Assembly (NCBI GenBank): GCA_965205865.1
Contig: CBDBHR010000030.1
Span: 896,001-960,000, forward strand
DNA length: 64,000 nucleotides
Source of the DNA: a bacterium
Lineage (GTDB): Bacteria > SAR324 > NAC60-12
Reading direction: 5' to 3'
Part shown: positions 1-9,313 of the stretch, one piece after another
How positions within the stretch are numbered: position 1 is the stretch's first letter
Layout of the letters: each line of letters opens with the position of its first letter
Made by a program: the position numbers and the translations under genes
The notes under the pieces: generated by a model
What the model was told of the DNA's origin: nothing
The model's database searches: none
The model's input: the letters and a program-made list of their open reading frames with translations, nothing else

Positions 1-145
1 GTCCCATGATTTAGAAAGATTTCGAGCGCATTTTCGGACGAGTCGCCCCTGAGGAGATGACCGTTTTTTAAAAAAGGCGGAAGCCATGACCAAACGAGAA
101 TGGAGTCCCAAGAAACCAGGGAGACCTAAAAAAGATAAAAATTAG
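1..145 (+). pseudogene. 3' remnant of REP-associated tyrosine transposase (RAYT/Y1)
   Basis: Translates ...RTSRP*GDDRFLKKAEAMTKREWSPKKPGRPKKDKN*, resembling RAYT C-termini (RPLG..F..........KPGRPK); in-frame TGA at 50-52; followed by end motif AATTAGTAACTGTCCCCGGATTT (140-162), also seen at 7723-7745. Confidence 0.6.
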
Positions 146-164
146 TAACTGTCCCCGGATTTGA

Positions 165-255
165 GGAGGGTTGCTCGTGAGAGGAACAAAAGATTCAAAG
201 CAAAATGCCGGAAAAAACGCGGGGGTGGGCGTCCGATGCAACGGCTTGTTGTGCC
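165..255 (-). repeat. Truncated attC-like site
   Basis: Minus strand GGCACAAC-AAGCCGTTGCATCGGACGCCCACC...GAGCAACCC, similar to the attC at 25743; right arm cut off by the RAYT end. Confidence 0.55.
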
Positions 256-488
256 GGATTTGACCGGGCCCGTTGTTGTCACCAAAGGCCTTGGCATGAA
301 AACGGTAGCACTGGTGGTACGGCATTCCGACTCCGCTCCAGTGACACCCTGCTGAGAGCTCCTTTTCACCGGAATGGAATCCGGTGCCACCATTCCCTCT
401 CAAGACCCCCAAGACCCTGTTTATAGACACCCGCGATTTACGCCCCTCCCAAAATTCGTCCCGCCTGAGTCCCGTCACGGAACGAGAG

Positions 489-614
489 GCACGTTAAGTT
501 CAGCGGTGGCGGGCTCACGCTACTGAAGGTTGTAAAAGCAAGAAATGACGCCTGAGAACAAACCTTTGAACATGCGCCAAATCCCGCCATCCGTTGCAAC
601 ACTTTGTTGAAAGC
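489..614 (-). repeat. attC-like integron cassette recombination site
   Basis: Minus strand GCTTTCAAC-AAAGTGTTGCAACGGATGGCGGG...CCCGCCACCGCTGAACTTAAC-GT; imperfect inverted arms directly after the stop codon of the antitoxin gene. Confidence 0.7.
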
Positions 615-629
615 ATTGTTGTGCAATTT

Positions 630-866
630 TTATAGTCGATCATACTCTTCCGGTGCTCCATCTGGCACTTTAGATAAGGCATTTTCAAACTTGTGACGGT
701 CTCCTCTTTGCGCTCTTTCTTCCAGGTAATCTACTGTCATCAAAGCCGACATTTTCTCTGCTAGAGCAGTAGTAATGAATTGGTTTATCGAAACTCCATC
801 TTGCTTGGCTAATTCCTTTACTTTTTTGTGGATAGACTCAGGAAGTCTCAGACTAATTGCTCCCAT
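630..866 (-). CDS. Ribbon-helix-helix (HicB-like) antitoxin
   Basis: MGAISLRLPESIHKKVKELAKQDGVSINQFITTALAEKMSAL; coupled to upstream PIN toxin gene. Confidence 0.85.
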   Translation of the reverse strand: MGAISLRLPESIHKKVKELAKQDGVSINQFITTALAEKMSALMTVDYLEERAQRGDRHKFENALSKVPDGAPEEYDRL

Positions 867-868
867 TA

Positions 869-1340
869 TCACTCTCCTATATGTTCTAAAAATTCTTTCG
901 GCGTTATGGCTTGGATTCCAAATTGATCGATTCCATTAAAATCTTTAAGGTTGTAGGTAAGAATAAACTTCCCCCTTGCCTTAACCGCTAACTCAAGCAC
1001 AAGATCATTTTTTGGGTCTTTAAGAAATGGTCGCCATAGAAAAAAGATGTCATGTCGGTTAGCTACCTGACATAAATAGTCAAGAATATCGTCAATATAT
1101 TTTTCAGAACTTGATCAATCTGAGCGAGAGCCGGAGATAGACAAAATTGAGGATTTGATCTATAGAGAGTTGAAGTTCACTGCGTTTTGCTACATCTTCA
1201 TACTCAAGCACAAGAGGAACAGAAAGATTAATTTCAAAGCTACCTCCTCCAATAAGGGACAACAGCTTAAATGAAGCTCCTTTTTTTGATTTCAGTGCTG
1301 ATATGAAAACATTTGTATCAATCACAATTTGAGTAGCCAT
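869..1340 (-). pseudogene. PIN-domain toxin, disrupted
   Basis: N-terminus IVIDTNVFISAL...LVLEYEDV; C-terminus IDDILDYLC...WRPFLKDPKNDLVLELAV...ITPKEFL in another frame; ~60 bp of foreign sequence at ~1100-1160 adds a stop and frameshift. Confidence 0.8.
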
Positions 1341-1345
1341 ATTGA

Positions 1346-1375
1346 TGGTATCGCATTTAATACCAAATATGTCAA
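1346..1375 (-). promoter_or_regulatory. Putative TA promoter/operator
   Basis: Minus-strand TTGACA followed by palindrome TGGTAT-N8-ATACCA just before the PIN start codon. Confidence 0.5.
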
Positions 1376-1418
1376 TGTTTTATTTGAGATATTAGAGAAA
1401 TGCTTTAGGATTTGAAGC

Positions 1419-1536
1419 TTCCAACCATTTAGATAAGCGGATTTCCACACACTTCATTAATGGCAAGGAATGATCGTATTGGCAAGGATTTTTGAAACGG
1501 CGAGGATGGAAATTCCGCTTCATCTTTTTGTTGGAC
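1419..1536 (-). repeat. attC-like site
   Basis: Minus strand GTCCAAC-AAAAAGATGAAGCGGAATTTCCA...TGGAAATCCGCTTATCTAAATG-GTTGGAA; arms nearly identical to the site at 34397. Confidence 0.75.
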
Positions 1537-1737
1537 AGAGCCGCGGATTCATGGCAACTACTTTTCTCATGCCTCTGCCCCTATGGAGAACCAATCTTCT
1601 TCTTTGGGCGAAAAGTGAAGGCAAGAGCTCCATTTTTCTTTCTTTACCCACATCTTCTTCTACCCACATTGAAAATCACCTCCCGTGCTAATCCTTGGTT
1701 ATTGGCTTTGGCGGCCTCATAGATGAGGGAGAGCCTC

Positions 1738-2696
1738 CTAAGCGAAGGGGTTGAGCAGTCTGGAGAAGAATCCTCGTTTGCGTTTCACCATCGCGGTGCC
1801 GTAACTGCCCTCTCCGCCCCTGAGCCTGGGATCGAGCAGATCGCGCATGGCATCGCCGAACATGTTGAAGGAGTAGACGACAATCGTCAGGCAAAGCCCC
1901 GGCCACAGGGCTAGATGGGGCACTATCTCCATGTACTGACGTCCTTCCCGGCTGAGCAGACCGCCCCAACTGGGAACCTTGAGGGGCAGACCGAATCCCA
2001 GGAAGCTCAAAGAAGCCTCAGAGATAATCACCCCGCCGATGTTGATGCTGAAGATGATGATGAGGGGGGCCACAATATTGGGCAGGACATGCTGGATAAA
2101 TATTCTCCCCTGGGTGCAGCCAATCGCCTTGGCTGCCTGAAAATACACATTCTCTTTGATACCAATCACAGCGCTGCGGACAATTCTTGAGGCGCTGATG
2201 CCCCCGACGACCCCCAGGACCACGATGATCTGCAGAACCCCCCGTCCCACGATGGACATGATGGTCAACAGCAAGAGCAGTCCCGGAAAAGACATCCAGG
2301 CGTCGACAAAGCGCTGCACCGCCAGGTCCAGTTTGCCGCCAAGGAATCCGGAAATGCCGCCGATCAGGACAGCGACGACAATATTAAGAGTGGTCGCTGC
2401 CAGACCGACCGTTAACGAAAGACGAGCCCCGTGGATCAGGCGGCTGAAGAGGTCTCGCCCTATATGGTCGGTCCCCAGAAAATACTGGGCTGACGGGCCC
2501 TGCAGCATGTCTGACATGTGTATTTCCATATAACCTAAGGGGCCAAAACATCGGCAAAGAGCGCCACCACCATAAAGAGCAAGACGATCATCCCACAGAA
2601 CGTCCCCAGCGGCTTCTCCTTGAGAAGCCTGCTGAAGAAATCCACAAACCGGCCCCGTCGCTTGGGCTCACGGATGGGGAAGGATTTCTCACTCAT
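1738..2696 (-). pseudogene. Opp/Dpp ABC permease (OppC-like), frameshifted
   Basis: GTDHIGRD and EASLSFLG..PSWG motifs; natural start MSEKSF at 2696; apparent 1-bp deletion near 2536 (CCT TAG GTT where paralogues read AP-Y). Confidence 0.8.
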
Positions 2697-3651
2697 ACCG
2701 CACCCTCGGGTCCAGATAGGGATAAATCAGGTCGATCATTAGATTGACCCCTACAACCAAAGTGGCGAAAACCAGGTTGACTCCGGAGACCACCGGGTAG
2801 TCTCGGTCATTGAGGGCATTTACCAAGAGACGCCCGATCCCTGGCAGGTTGAAGATGTTCTCCATGATCACCGCGCCGCCGACCAGGATCGGCAACTGCA
2901 GGCCGATCAGGGTGATAACCGGGATGAGGGCATTTTTGATGGTGTGCCGGATAATCACGACCCGCTCCCTGAGCCCCTTGGACCAGGCGGTGCGGATATA
3001 GTCCTGCCGGAGCACCTCGAGCATCATGGTACGCATCATGCGCATGGTGGCGGCCGCTGAAGCCGTTCCCAGGATCAGGCTAGGAATAAAGAACCCCCAG
3101 AGATTCCCTAGCGGGTCCTCTGTGAAAGAAACAAGTTCCAGCGGCGGCGCCCAGCCCCACCAGATTGCTGGGAAAATCATGACCATAATTCCCAGCCAGA
3201 AGTTAGGGGTTGCCAGGCCGATGATGGCGATGCTACGCCCTACGTAGTCGGCGGCCGTATCCTGGCGAATCGCCGAGTAGATGCCGACGGGCAGCGCTAT
3301 CAAGATTCCGATTACGATTGCCATGACGCCGAGCTCAATGGTTACCGGCAGTCTATCTATTATCTTCTCCTCCACCGCCCCACGGCCCATCAGTGATTCG
3401 CCAAGGGTGCCGTGCAGGAAAATACCTCCTATCCAGCGTGCATACTGCACGTAGACAGGCACGTCTAATCCCAGCCGACGCTCAAGAGCTTCACGGTCAA
3501 TTTCCCCAAAGCCACCCGCGTAATCCATCCTACCCACTATTACGTCTATTACATCGCCCGGGATGAAGCGGACGGAGAGAAAGACCAGGATGGTCAATAT
3601 AAACAAGGTGGGGATTATCAGCAATAACCTCCTGATTATATAGGCTCTCAT
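2689..3651 (-). CDS. Opp/Dpp ABC permease (OppB-like)
   Basis: MRAYIIRRLL, IPGD, QDYIRTAWSKGL, ENIFNLPGIG, DPRVRY. Confidence 0.92.
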   Translation of the reverse strand: MRAYIIRRLLLIIPTLFILTILVFLSVRFIPGDVIDVIVGRMDYAGGFGEIDREALERRLGLDVPVYVQYARWIGGIFLHGTLGESLMGRGAVEEKIIDRLPVTIELGVMAIVIGILIALPVGIYSAIRQDTAADYVGRSIAIIGLATPNFWLGIMVMIFPAIWWGWAPPLELVSFTEDPLGNLWGFFIPSLILGTASAAATMRMMRTMMLEVLRQDYIRTAWSKGLRERVVIIRHTIKNALIPVITLIGLQLPILVGGAVIMENIFNLPGIGRLLVNALNDRDYPVVSGVNLVFATLVVGVNLMIDLIYPYLDPRVRYE

Positions 3652-3675
3652 GTCACACACCTCATTACGATTTCC

Positions 3676-4265
3676 CCCGTCATTCCCGCGAAAAGCCTGC
3701 CCCGGACTGGATCCGGGGCCGGAATCCACCTTCCACGTCTTTCCGGCCCCTTCCACTGAAGGGCGCGGCACTCTCTAAGGTGCGAATGACCCCTGCCAAG
3801 AAACTGGCCTCTCACCGTTTTGGGGAGTCCAGAGGGGTGAAACCCCTTTGAAACGGGGGTTCAAGGGGGTGTCCCCCTTGATTCCCCCCATCATTCCGCC
3901 GAAAGGCGGAATCCACCTCCCCCGTCATTGCGGTGAAAACCGCAATCCACTTAGACGATCCCCTTGCCCGGCTCACACGGCACTCCCTAAGGTGCGCATG
4001 ACCCTTGCCAAAAAAACCTGGCCTCTCACCGTTTTGGGGAGTCCAGAGGGGTGAAACCCCTTTGGAACGGGGGTTCAAGGGGGTGTCCCCCTTGATTCTC
4101 CCCGTCATTCCGCCGAAAGGCGGAATCCAGAGTAATTTCAAATGGTTGCGTTTTCTGGATTCCGGGTCTCCGCCCGGAATGACAGTGAGAAAGCGCTGCT
4201 CGCAATGACATTCCACTCAACCCCGTCATTGCGAGCCCCGATTTATCGGGGCGTGGCAATCTCGT
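3676..4265. repeat. Cluster of REP-like palindromes containing a ~150-bp direct repeat
   Basis: Multiple GTCATT(C/G)C...G(G/C)AATCC hairpins; 3766-3914 repeated at 3979-4128. Confidence 0.75.
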
Positions 4266-4353
4266 CGCCCTCTCCAGGGGTATGGGAGCTGGGAAGCCTG
4301 AACCTCCCAGCTCCCTTTTTCCCTAAGGTCACAAGCCACAAGGGGTGAAACCC

Positions 4354-6153
4354 CTAATGACCCATTGCTTTCTTCAGCTCACTATCAATCCAGAGGCGGG
4401 CGTAGACGGTGTTATACTGACCGCTTCCCAGGAAGTATTCATTGTTGTAGCCTATGACCCACGGCTGGACTGGCAAGAAAATTGGGGGCATAGGACCAAA
4501 TATCGCCCAGAACTTCTCTATCGCATACTGGTGCATCTCTCCAAGAATCCTGTTCTGCTCCTCGATGGTGGTAGCGGCTCCGGCGTCTTCAAACTTGGCG
4601 TTATACCACGAGTCGTTGACATTGGAGGTGTTCCATGGTGCGTCCTTCTGATAGCGCTGTAGGATTACCGATAGGATCCACCTCCCGGCCGCTTCCGCAC
4701 TGATCATTTCGAAATCGTCCTCACTTCTTCTAGCGACAAAGTCCGCTGTTGTCACTACCTGAATCTCGACATCAACGCCAATCTTATTCCAGTATGAAGC
4801 GACTAATTCTACATAGTTCAAATCATAGACATCGCGGTGGTAATGGGTGACCTTGAATCGAACGCCGTCCGCGCCGCGCTTGTATCCGGCCTCATCAAGC
4901 AACGCTTCGGCACCTTCCGGGTCGTAGTCAAAGACCTTCTTGACATCTTCGGGCCACTCTTCAAAATTCGGGATAGCCTCTGTCATATTACGGTTTACCA
5001 GCCCCTGGGGTGTCACATCTGCATAACCCTTATAGTAGGCGTTGTTAATTGTCTCGAGGTCAATGGCCATCTGCATTGCCTTGCGCACCCTGATGTCGTC
5101 AAAGGGCGGCAACTTAACGTTCATACCAAAACCATTCACCGAGTCTCGAGAATACGAATCTATCACGAGTTCGGGGTTAGTCCGCTGCAGGCTCTCTACC
5201 TGGTCGAGAGTCCTGAATGTGTATCCAATATCAACCTTACCTGTGCGCAGTGCCGCCAGTTGTGTTGCCACTTCTGGCATAAACAGGGCCCTTAACTGGT
5301 CAATATACGGCAGGCGGTACTCCGGGTATTTTTCGTCGTAGCCCCAGTAGTCAGGATTCTTGTCCCAGGTGACAGAACTGCCCTCGACATACTCGGTCAG
5401 CATCATGGGTCCGGTGCCGACCAGGTTCCTCCAGTCCGTAACGTCCCCGTGTTCCTTGATGACCTCGGGGGGGTATATCCAAGCAGCGTTCTCGTCGAGG
5501 ATAGCAGCCAGCGCTTGGAGGTTTAGCTGCTTCAGCTTAAAAACAACCGTCCACTTGTCGGTGGCTTCTATCGATTCAAATTCCATACCGGCAAAGCCTA
5601 CAGCATGTTCGCTACGTTCGGTGAAACCGCTGCCCATACCCAACAGACGGTGATAGTTGTATTCGACGTCGTATGCATCTAGCTCCCGACCGTTCATCGG
5701 TGGTTTATCATGCCAGTGAACGCCCTGTCGGACTTTGATGACATACGTCAGTGGGTCGGGCTGCGACCAGCTTTCCGCCAGTTGACCTCTCGTGTTAGTT
5801 GGAACGTTGTGATACTGGAAGTCTTCTATGTCCCTGGGCGTTGCCCAGTCCATCATGACCAGTTTCTCGTTGACGCCACCGCAGTAGCTTTGTGACCATA
5901 CACCAGAGATCACGGCGTCAGGACCCGCCGGCTCATCTGCTAGGGCGAAGGTGAATGTCCCGCCGTATTCAGGAGCAGTCACGACCTTACCTGTGCTGGG
6001 GTCGGTGACATACTTCTTCTCAGCCGCGGCTGTCGGGCCGACCCAGAGGGTTGCGCCCAGAATGAAAGCCAGCAGCACCGAGAGGAGTTTCATGGCAGAC
6101 CTGGGGCCTGCCGGGTTCAGCCCCACGAAGGAGGCGACAAGTTTTTTACTCAT
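4354..6153 (-). CDS. ABC solute-binding protein, family 5 (SBP1)
   Basis: PEYGG, LAESW, GVHWH, GTGP, PFDDIRVRKA motifs; RBS-preceded ATG at 6153, with a further in-frame start at ~6288. Confidence 0.9.
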   Translation of the reverse strand: MSKKLVASFVGLNPAGPRSAMKLLSVLLAFILGATLWVGPTAAAEKKYVTDPSTGKVVTAPEYGGTFTFALADEPAGPDAVISGVWSQSYCGGVNEKLVMMDWATPRDIEDFQYHNVPTNTRGQLAESWSQPDPLTYVIKVRQGVHWHDKPPMNGRELDAYDVEYNYHRLLGMGSGFTERSEHAVGFAGMEFESIEATDKWTVVFKLKQLNLQALAAILDENAAWIYPPEVIKEHGDVTDWRNLVGTGPMMLTEYVEGSSVTWDKNPDYWGYDEKYPEYRLPYIDQLRALFMPEVATQLAALRTGKVDIGYTFRTLDQVESLQRTNPELVIDSYSRDSVNGFGMNVKLPPFDDIRVRKAMQMAIDLETINNAYYKGYADVTPQGLVNRNMTEAIPNFEEWPEDVKKVFDYDPEGAEALLDEAGYKRGADGVRFKVTHYHRDVYDLNYVELVASYWNKIGVDVEIQVVTTADFVARRSEDDFEMISAEAAGRWILSVILQRYQKDAPWNTSNVNDSWYNAKFEDAGAATTIEEQNRILGEMHQYAIEKFWAIFGPMPPIFLPVQPWVIGYNNEYFLGSGQYNTVYARLWIDSELKKAMGH

Positions 6154-6297
6154 AATAACCTCTTTTATTTGAGGGTTTTGAGAATGATTCACCCGCTGTG
6201 GGGCGAATCGGAGTTTCGCGGCGGGCACGGCGCCTGCCACGGGGAACTCTCTGCAGAGGGCGAAAAGTTTCTTCGCGAGCATCTTCATCCGGACTAT

Positions 6298-6708
6298 TTT
6301 TTTGACCAGAATGGGTCTTTTTTGAGGAAAATGAGCGTTTGGAAACCGAGCCCTTCTATTTATATAACGTACCAAGAGCCAGAATATCACCAAAAAAATC
6401 AAATTTTCTCAAAAATTTCCTGAAATTGCTTTCTTTTTTTGACCAGAATGGGTCTTTTTTGAGGAAAATGAGCGTTTGGAAACCGAGCCCTTCTATTTAT
6501 AGAACGTACCAAGAGCCAGAATATCACCAAAAAAATCAAATTTTCTCAAAAATTTCCTGAAATTGCTTTCTTTTTTTGACCAGAATGGGTCTTTTTTGAG
6601 GAAAATGAGCGTTTGGAAACCGAGCCCTTCTATTTATAGAACGTACCAAGAGCCAGAATATCACCAAAAAAATCAAATTTTCTCAAAAATTTCCTGAAAT
6701 TGCTTTCT
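6298..6708. repeat. Three tandem 137-bp direct repeats
   Basis: Units start at 6298, 6435 and 6572; identical except one base; each includes the last ~36 nt of the sigma gene. Confidence 0.95.
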
Positions 6709-7278
6709 GGCGCGGTACAACTGTTGGGCGATCCGGTGCTTTTCCGTTTGGCTCAGTTCCTTTCTAGGAAGCGCCAACTCCTCGGCGGCAAGGGCTTCCA
6801 GGGACAGCCCGTCCCAATAGCAGCGGCGCAGCAGCCGAGCGGTCTGGGGATGCTCGTCTTCCAGTTGTGTCATAGCCTCTCCTGCCCGCTCAATCTTCTC
6901 TTCCTGCAATTCCGCCGACTGGGCCTGCCACCAGGCCTGCATAGAGCGCAGGTCATCCACCTCTTCCGGGGCAGCGAGTTCCGGCTGCCGTTTGTCACGT
7001 CTGATTTGGTCCAGCAGATGATTCTGAACGACTCTGTACAGCCAACCCAGGAAGGCTTTATCGGCCTCGCCTTGGAATTTCTCCAGCTTGCTCTCCCACA
7101 AATCCTTCCAGATTTCCTGAACCACCTCATCGGCCTGATGGAGGCTCCGAAACTTGCCAATCAGCGATTGGGCAGTGTGGAGGATATATGCCCTGTAGTG
7201 TTGGTACAACTCCTCAAAAGCCTCTTCCTTCCCTTGAACGGACCCCTCCAGCAGTACCCGCAATGGTTTCCGGTTCAT
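6673..7278 (-). CDS. ECF-type sigma-70 factor
   Basis: AFEELYQHY, ADEVVQE, FLGWLYRVVQNHLLDQIR (region 2); C-terminal region-4 HTH (GLSLEALA...LYRARKQF). Confidence 0.88.
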   Translation of the reverse strand: MNRKPLRVLLEGSVQGKEEAFEELYQHYRAYILHTAQSLIGKFRSLHQADEVVQEIWKDLWESKLEKFQGEADKAFLGWLYRVVQNHLLDQIRRDKRQPELAAPEEVDDLRSMQAWWQAQSAELQEEKIERAGEAMTQLEDEHPQTARLLRRCYWDGLSLEALAAEELALPRKELSQTEKHRIAQQLYRARKQFQEIFEKI

Positions 7279-7469
7279 CGTTGGACTCGGTTTTGATTTT
7301 CAGCCAAGAACGCCCAAGAACAGCCTCAATATAGGAAAAGCAAGAGGGAAACGCAAGGTGGGGAAAACCGGCCTTGCCATGGAAACCGTTTGCAACTGAT
7401 TTGGAGTCCTTTTTGTTCTAATTGTTCGGCGACTGTCATAAGAACCTCGTGAGCCTCTTCTATCATCGT

Positions 7470-7745
7470 AAATCCGGGGACAGTTACTAATTAATTGCAA
7501 TGGATTCCTTCATTTGATAATGGTTGTAAATAATTATCGAGCATTGAATTTTCACTTCAGCAATGGGAGGTAAGCTAGCCAGGTTAGCGAGAGTGGTACT
7601 TCCAGGGGTCCCCCATCATGTCACCCAAGGAGGGGTTCGCTCCATAAAAATCTTTTCAAGTGACGAGGATCGCAGAGAGTATCTCTCTCTGCTCAACGCG
7701 CATGGAGAAAAAGAAAGATAAAAATTAGTAACTGTCCCCGGATTT
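7470..7745 (+). mobile_element. Internally deleted RAYT-type element with 23-bp terminal inverted repeats
   Basis: AAATCCGGGGACAGTTACTAATT (7470-7492) and its perfect inverse (7723-7745) enclose RAYT N-terminal fragment ARLARVVLPGVPHHVTQGG...DEDRREYL. Confidence 0.75.
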
Positions 7746-7863
7746 TCGAGACTAAATACTCTAAGATTTCTCCGGCGATGGCTGAAGGACTGGCTCAGAA
7801 AATCTACTCCATAGAAGAATTATTGATGATCAGAAGACCATCATAACTTTGTCATACAGTACC
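7746..7863 (+). mobile_element. IS1-family transposase 3' remnant with right end
   Basis: ISPAMAEGLAQKIYSIEELL resembles the IS1-family TPAMA.GL...W...ELL C-terminus; ends ...TACC. Confidence 0.5.
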
Positions 7864-7990
7864 CAGACGGCAATATGCTCGTCCTGTTTCCCTCTTTCGT
7901 GTATGAGAATTACAAGAAATTTAACGAAGAATCGAAGTAGGATTCGACCCGTCGCTCATTAGCCGAGGGGTCATAGCCGCTCATTCTAAT

Positions 7991-9160
7991 CTATCTCAAT
8001 TCCTGTTCAACGAGCCTGGACCAATAGCTCACGCCAAGCGGCAGGATCTCGTCGTTGAAATCGTAGTTTGGATTGTGGACATAACAGCCGCCTGGACCCC
8101 CTTCAACCCCGTTTCCGATAAAAATATAACAACCGGGACGCTGGTTCAGCATCCAGGAAAAATCTTCGGCTCCCATCGTGGGCGGTTCATCACGAAGAAT
8201 GTTTTCAGCCCCAACGATTGCGGCTGCCGCTGCGGCCGCCTTTTCTGTTTCAATCTCTGTATTGATCGTCGGCAGATAACGCCGATCGTAGCTGAATTCG
8301 ATTCCTACCCCATAGGTGACCCCAACGCCTTCAGCGATTTGCCGTAATTCACGCTCGATCATGTCCTGAGTTTTGGGTTTCAACGCGCGAGTGGTGCCTG
8401 ACAGGACAGCCTCTTCCGCAATCACATTCGAAGTATGCCCCGCATGAACCTGGGTAATACTGACGACGGTGGAATCCAGGGGATTGGTCCGGCGAGCCGC
8501 AACTGTCTGGAAAGCATTGATAATCGCCCCAGCGGCAACCACCGGGTCGTTTCCGTGATGGGGGAAGGCGCCGTGGGCGCCAACACCGGTGATCTTGACC
8601 TCAAAGAAATCGGCCGAAGCCATCACCGGACCAGGTTTGACTGCAAACTTGCTAACGGGCAGCCCTGGCGCGTTGTGCATGCCATAGACAGCCTTGCAGG
8701 GGAATTTGTCGAAAAGCCCATCATCCACCATCACCCGCCCGCCGGCGAGGTTTTCCTCTGCTGGCTGAAAAATAAAATGGACGGTGCCATCGAAATGCTT
8801 CGTTTCTGCTAAATAACGTGCCGCACCCAACAACATCGTGGTGTGGCCGTCATGCCCACAACCATGCATTTTGCCCTCGTGGACAGATTTGTGATCGAAC
8901 TCGTTTAGTTCATGAATGTCGAGAGCGTCCATGTCGGCGCGTAAGCCGATCGACTTCGTGCCATTCCCGACTTTCAACGTCCCGACCACACCGGTTTTGG
9001 CAAGACCTCGATGGACTTCGATGCGATAGGATTCAAGCAATTTCGCAACAATTCCCGCAGTACGCTCTTCCTCGAAGGCGGTTTCGGGATGAGCGTGGAT
9101 GTCTCTGCGGATGCGGGTGAGTTCGTCGTGTGATGCTGCAATGCGGTTGTCAATAATCAT
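7991..9160 (-). CDS. M20 amidohydrolase (hippurate hydrolase-like)
   Basis: HAHPE, LRADMDAL, MHGCGHDGH, FQPAEE, MGAEDF motifs. Confidence 0.93.
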   Translation of the reverse strand: MIIDNRIAASHDELTRIRRDIHAHPETAFEEERTAGIVAKLLESYRIEVHRGLAKTGVVGTLKVGNGTKSIGLRADMDALDIHELNEFDHKSVHEGKMHGCGHDGHTTMLLGAARYLAETKHFDGTVHFIFQPAEENLAGGRVMVDDGLFDKFPCKAVYGMHNAPGLPVSKFAVKPGPVMASADFFEVKITGVGAHGAFPHHGNDPVVAAGAIINAFQTVAARRTNPLDSTVVSITQVHAGHTSNVIAEEAVLSGTTRALKPKTQDMIERELRQIAEGVGVTYGVGIEFSYDRRYLPTINTEIETEKAAAAAAAIVGAENILRDEPPTMGAEDFSWMLNQRPGCYIFIGNGVEGGPGGCYVHNPNYDFNDEILPLGVSYWSRLVEQELR

Positions 9161-9313
9161 GTATGTCTCCTCTTTTGATTTAAGTCCCAATGGTACGTCG
9201 TTAGTTTCCGGGCTTATGAAATTATTAGCGCAAATTTTTATTCTCTTTCCAAAAAAAAGTCAATGCGATCCAGCAGTGACTCGCCGGTCGGGAGTTCTAC
9301 TAAATAACACTGA

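Noticed and set aside
6289-6560. ORFs 6169-6423 and 6339-6560 and the SBP1 extension to 6402
   Set aside because: Products of the 137-bp tandem repeat, with no protein-like signal.
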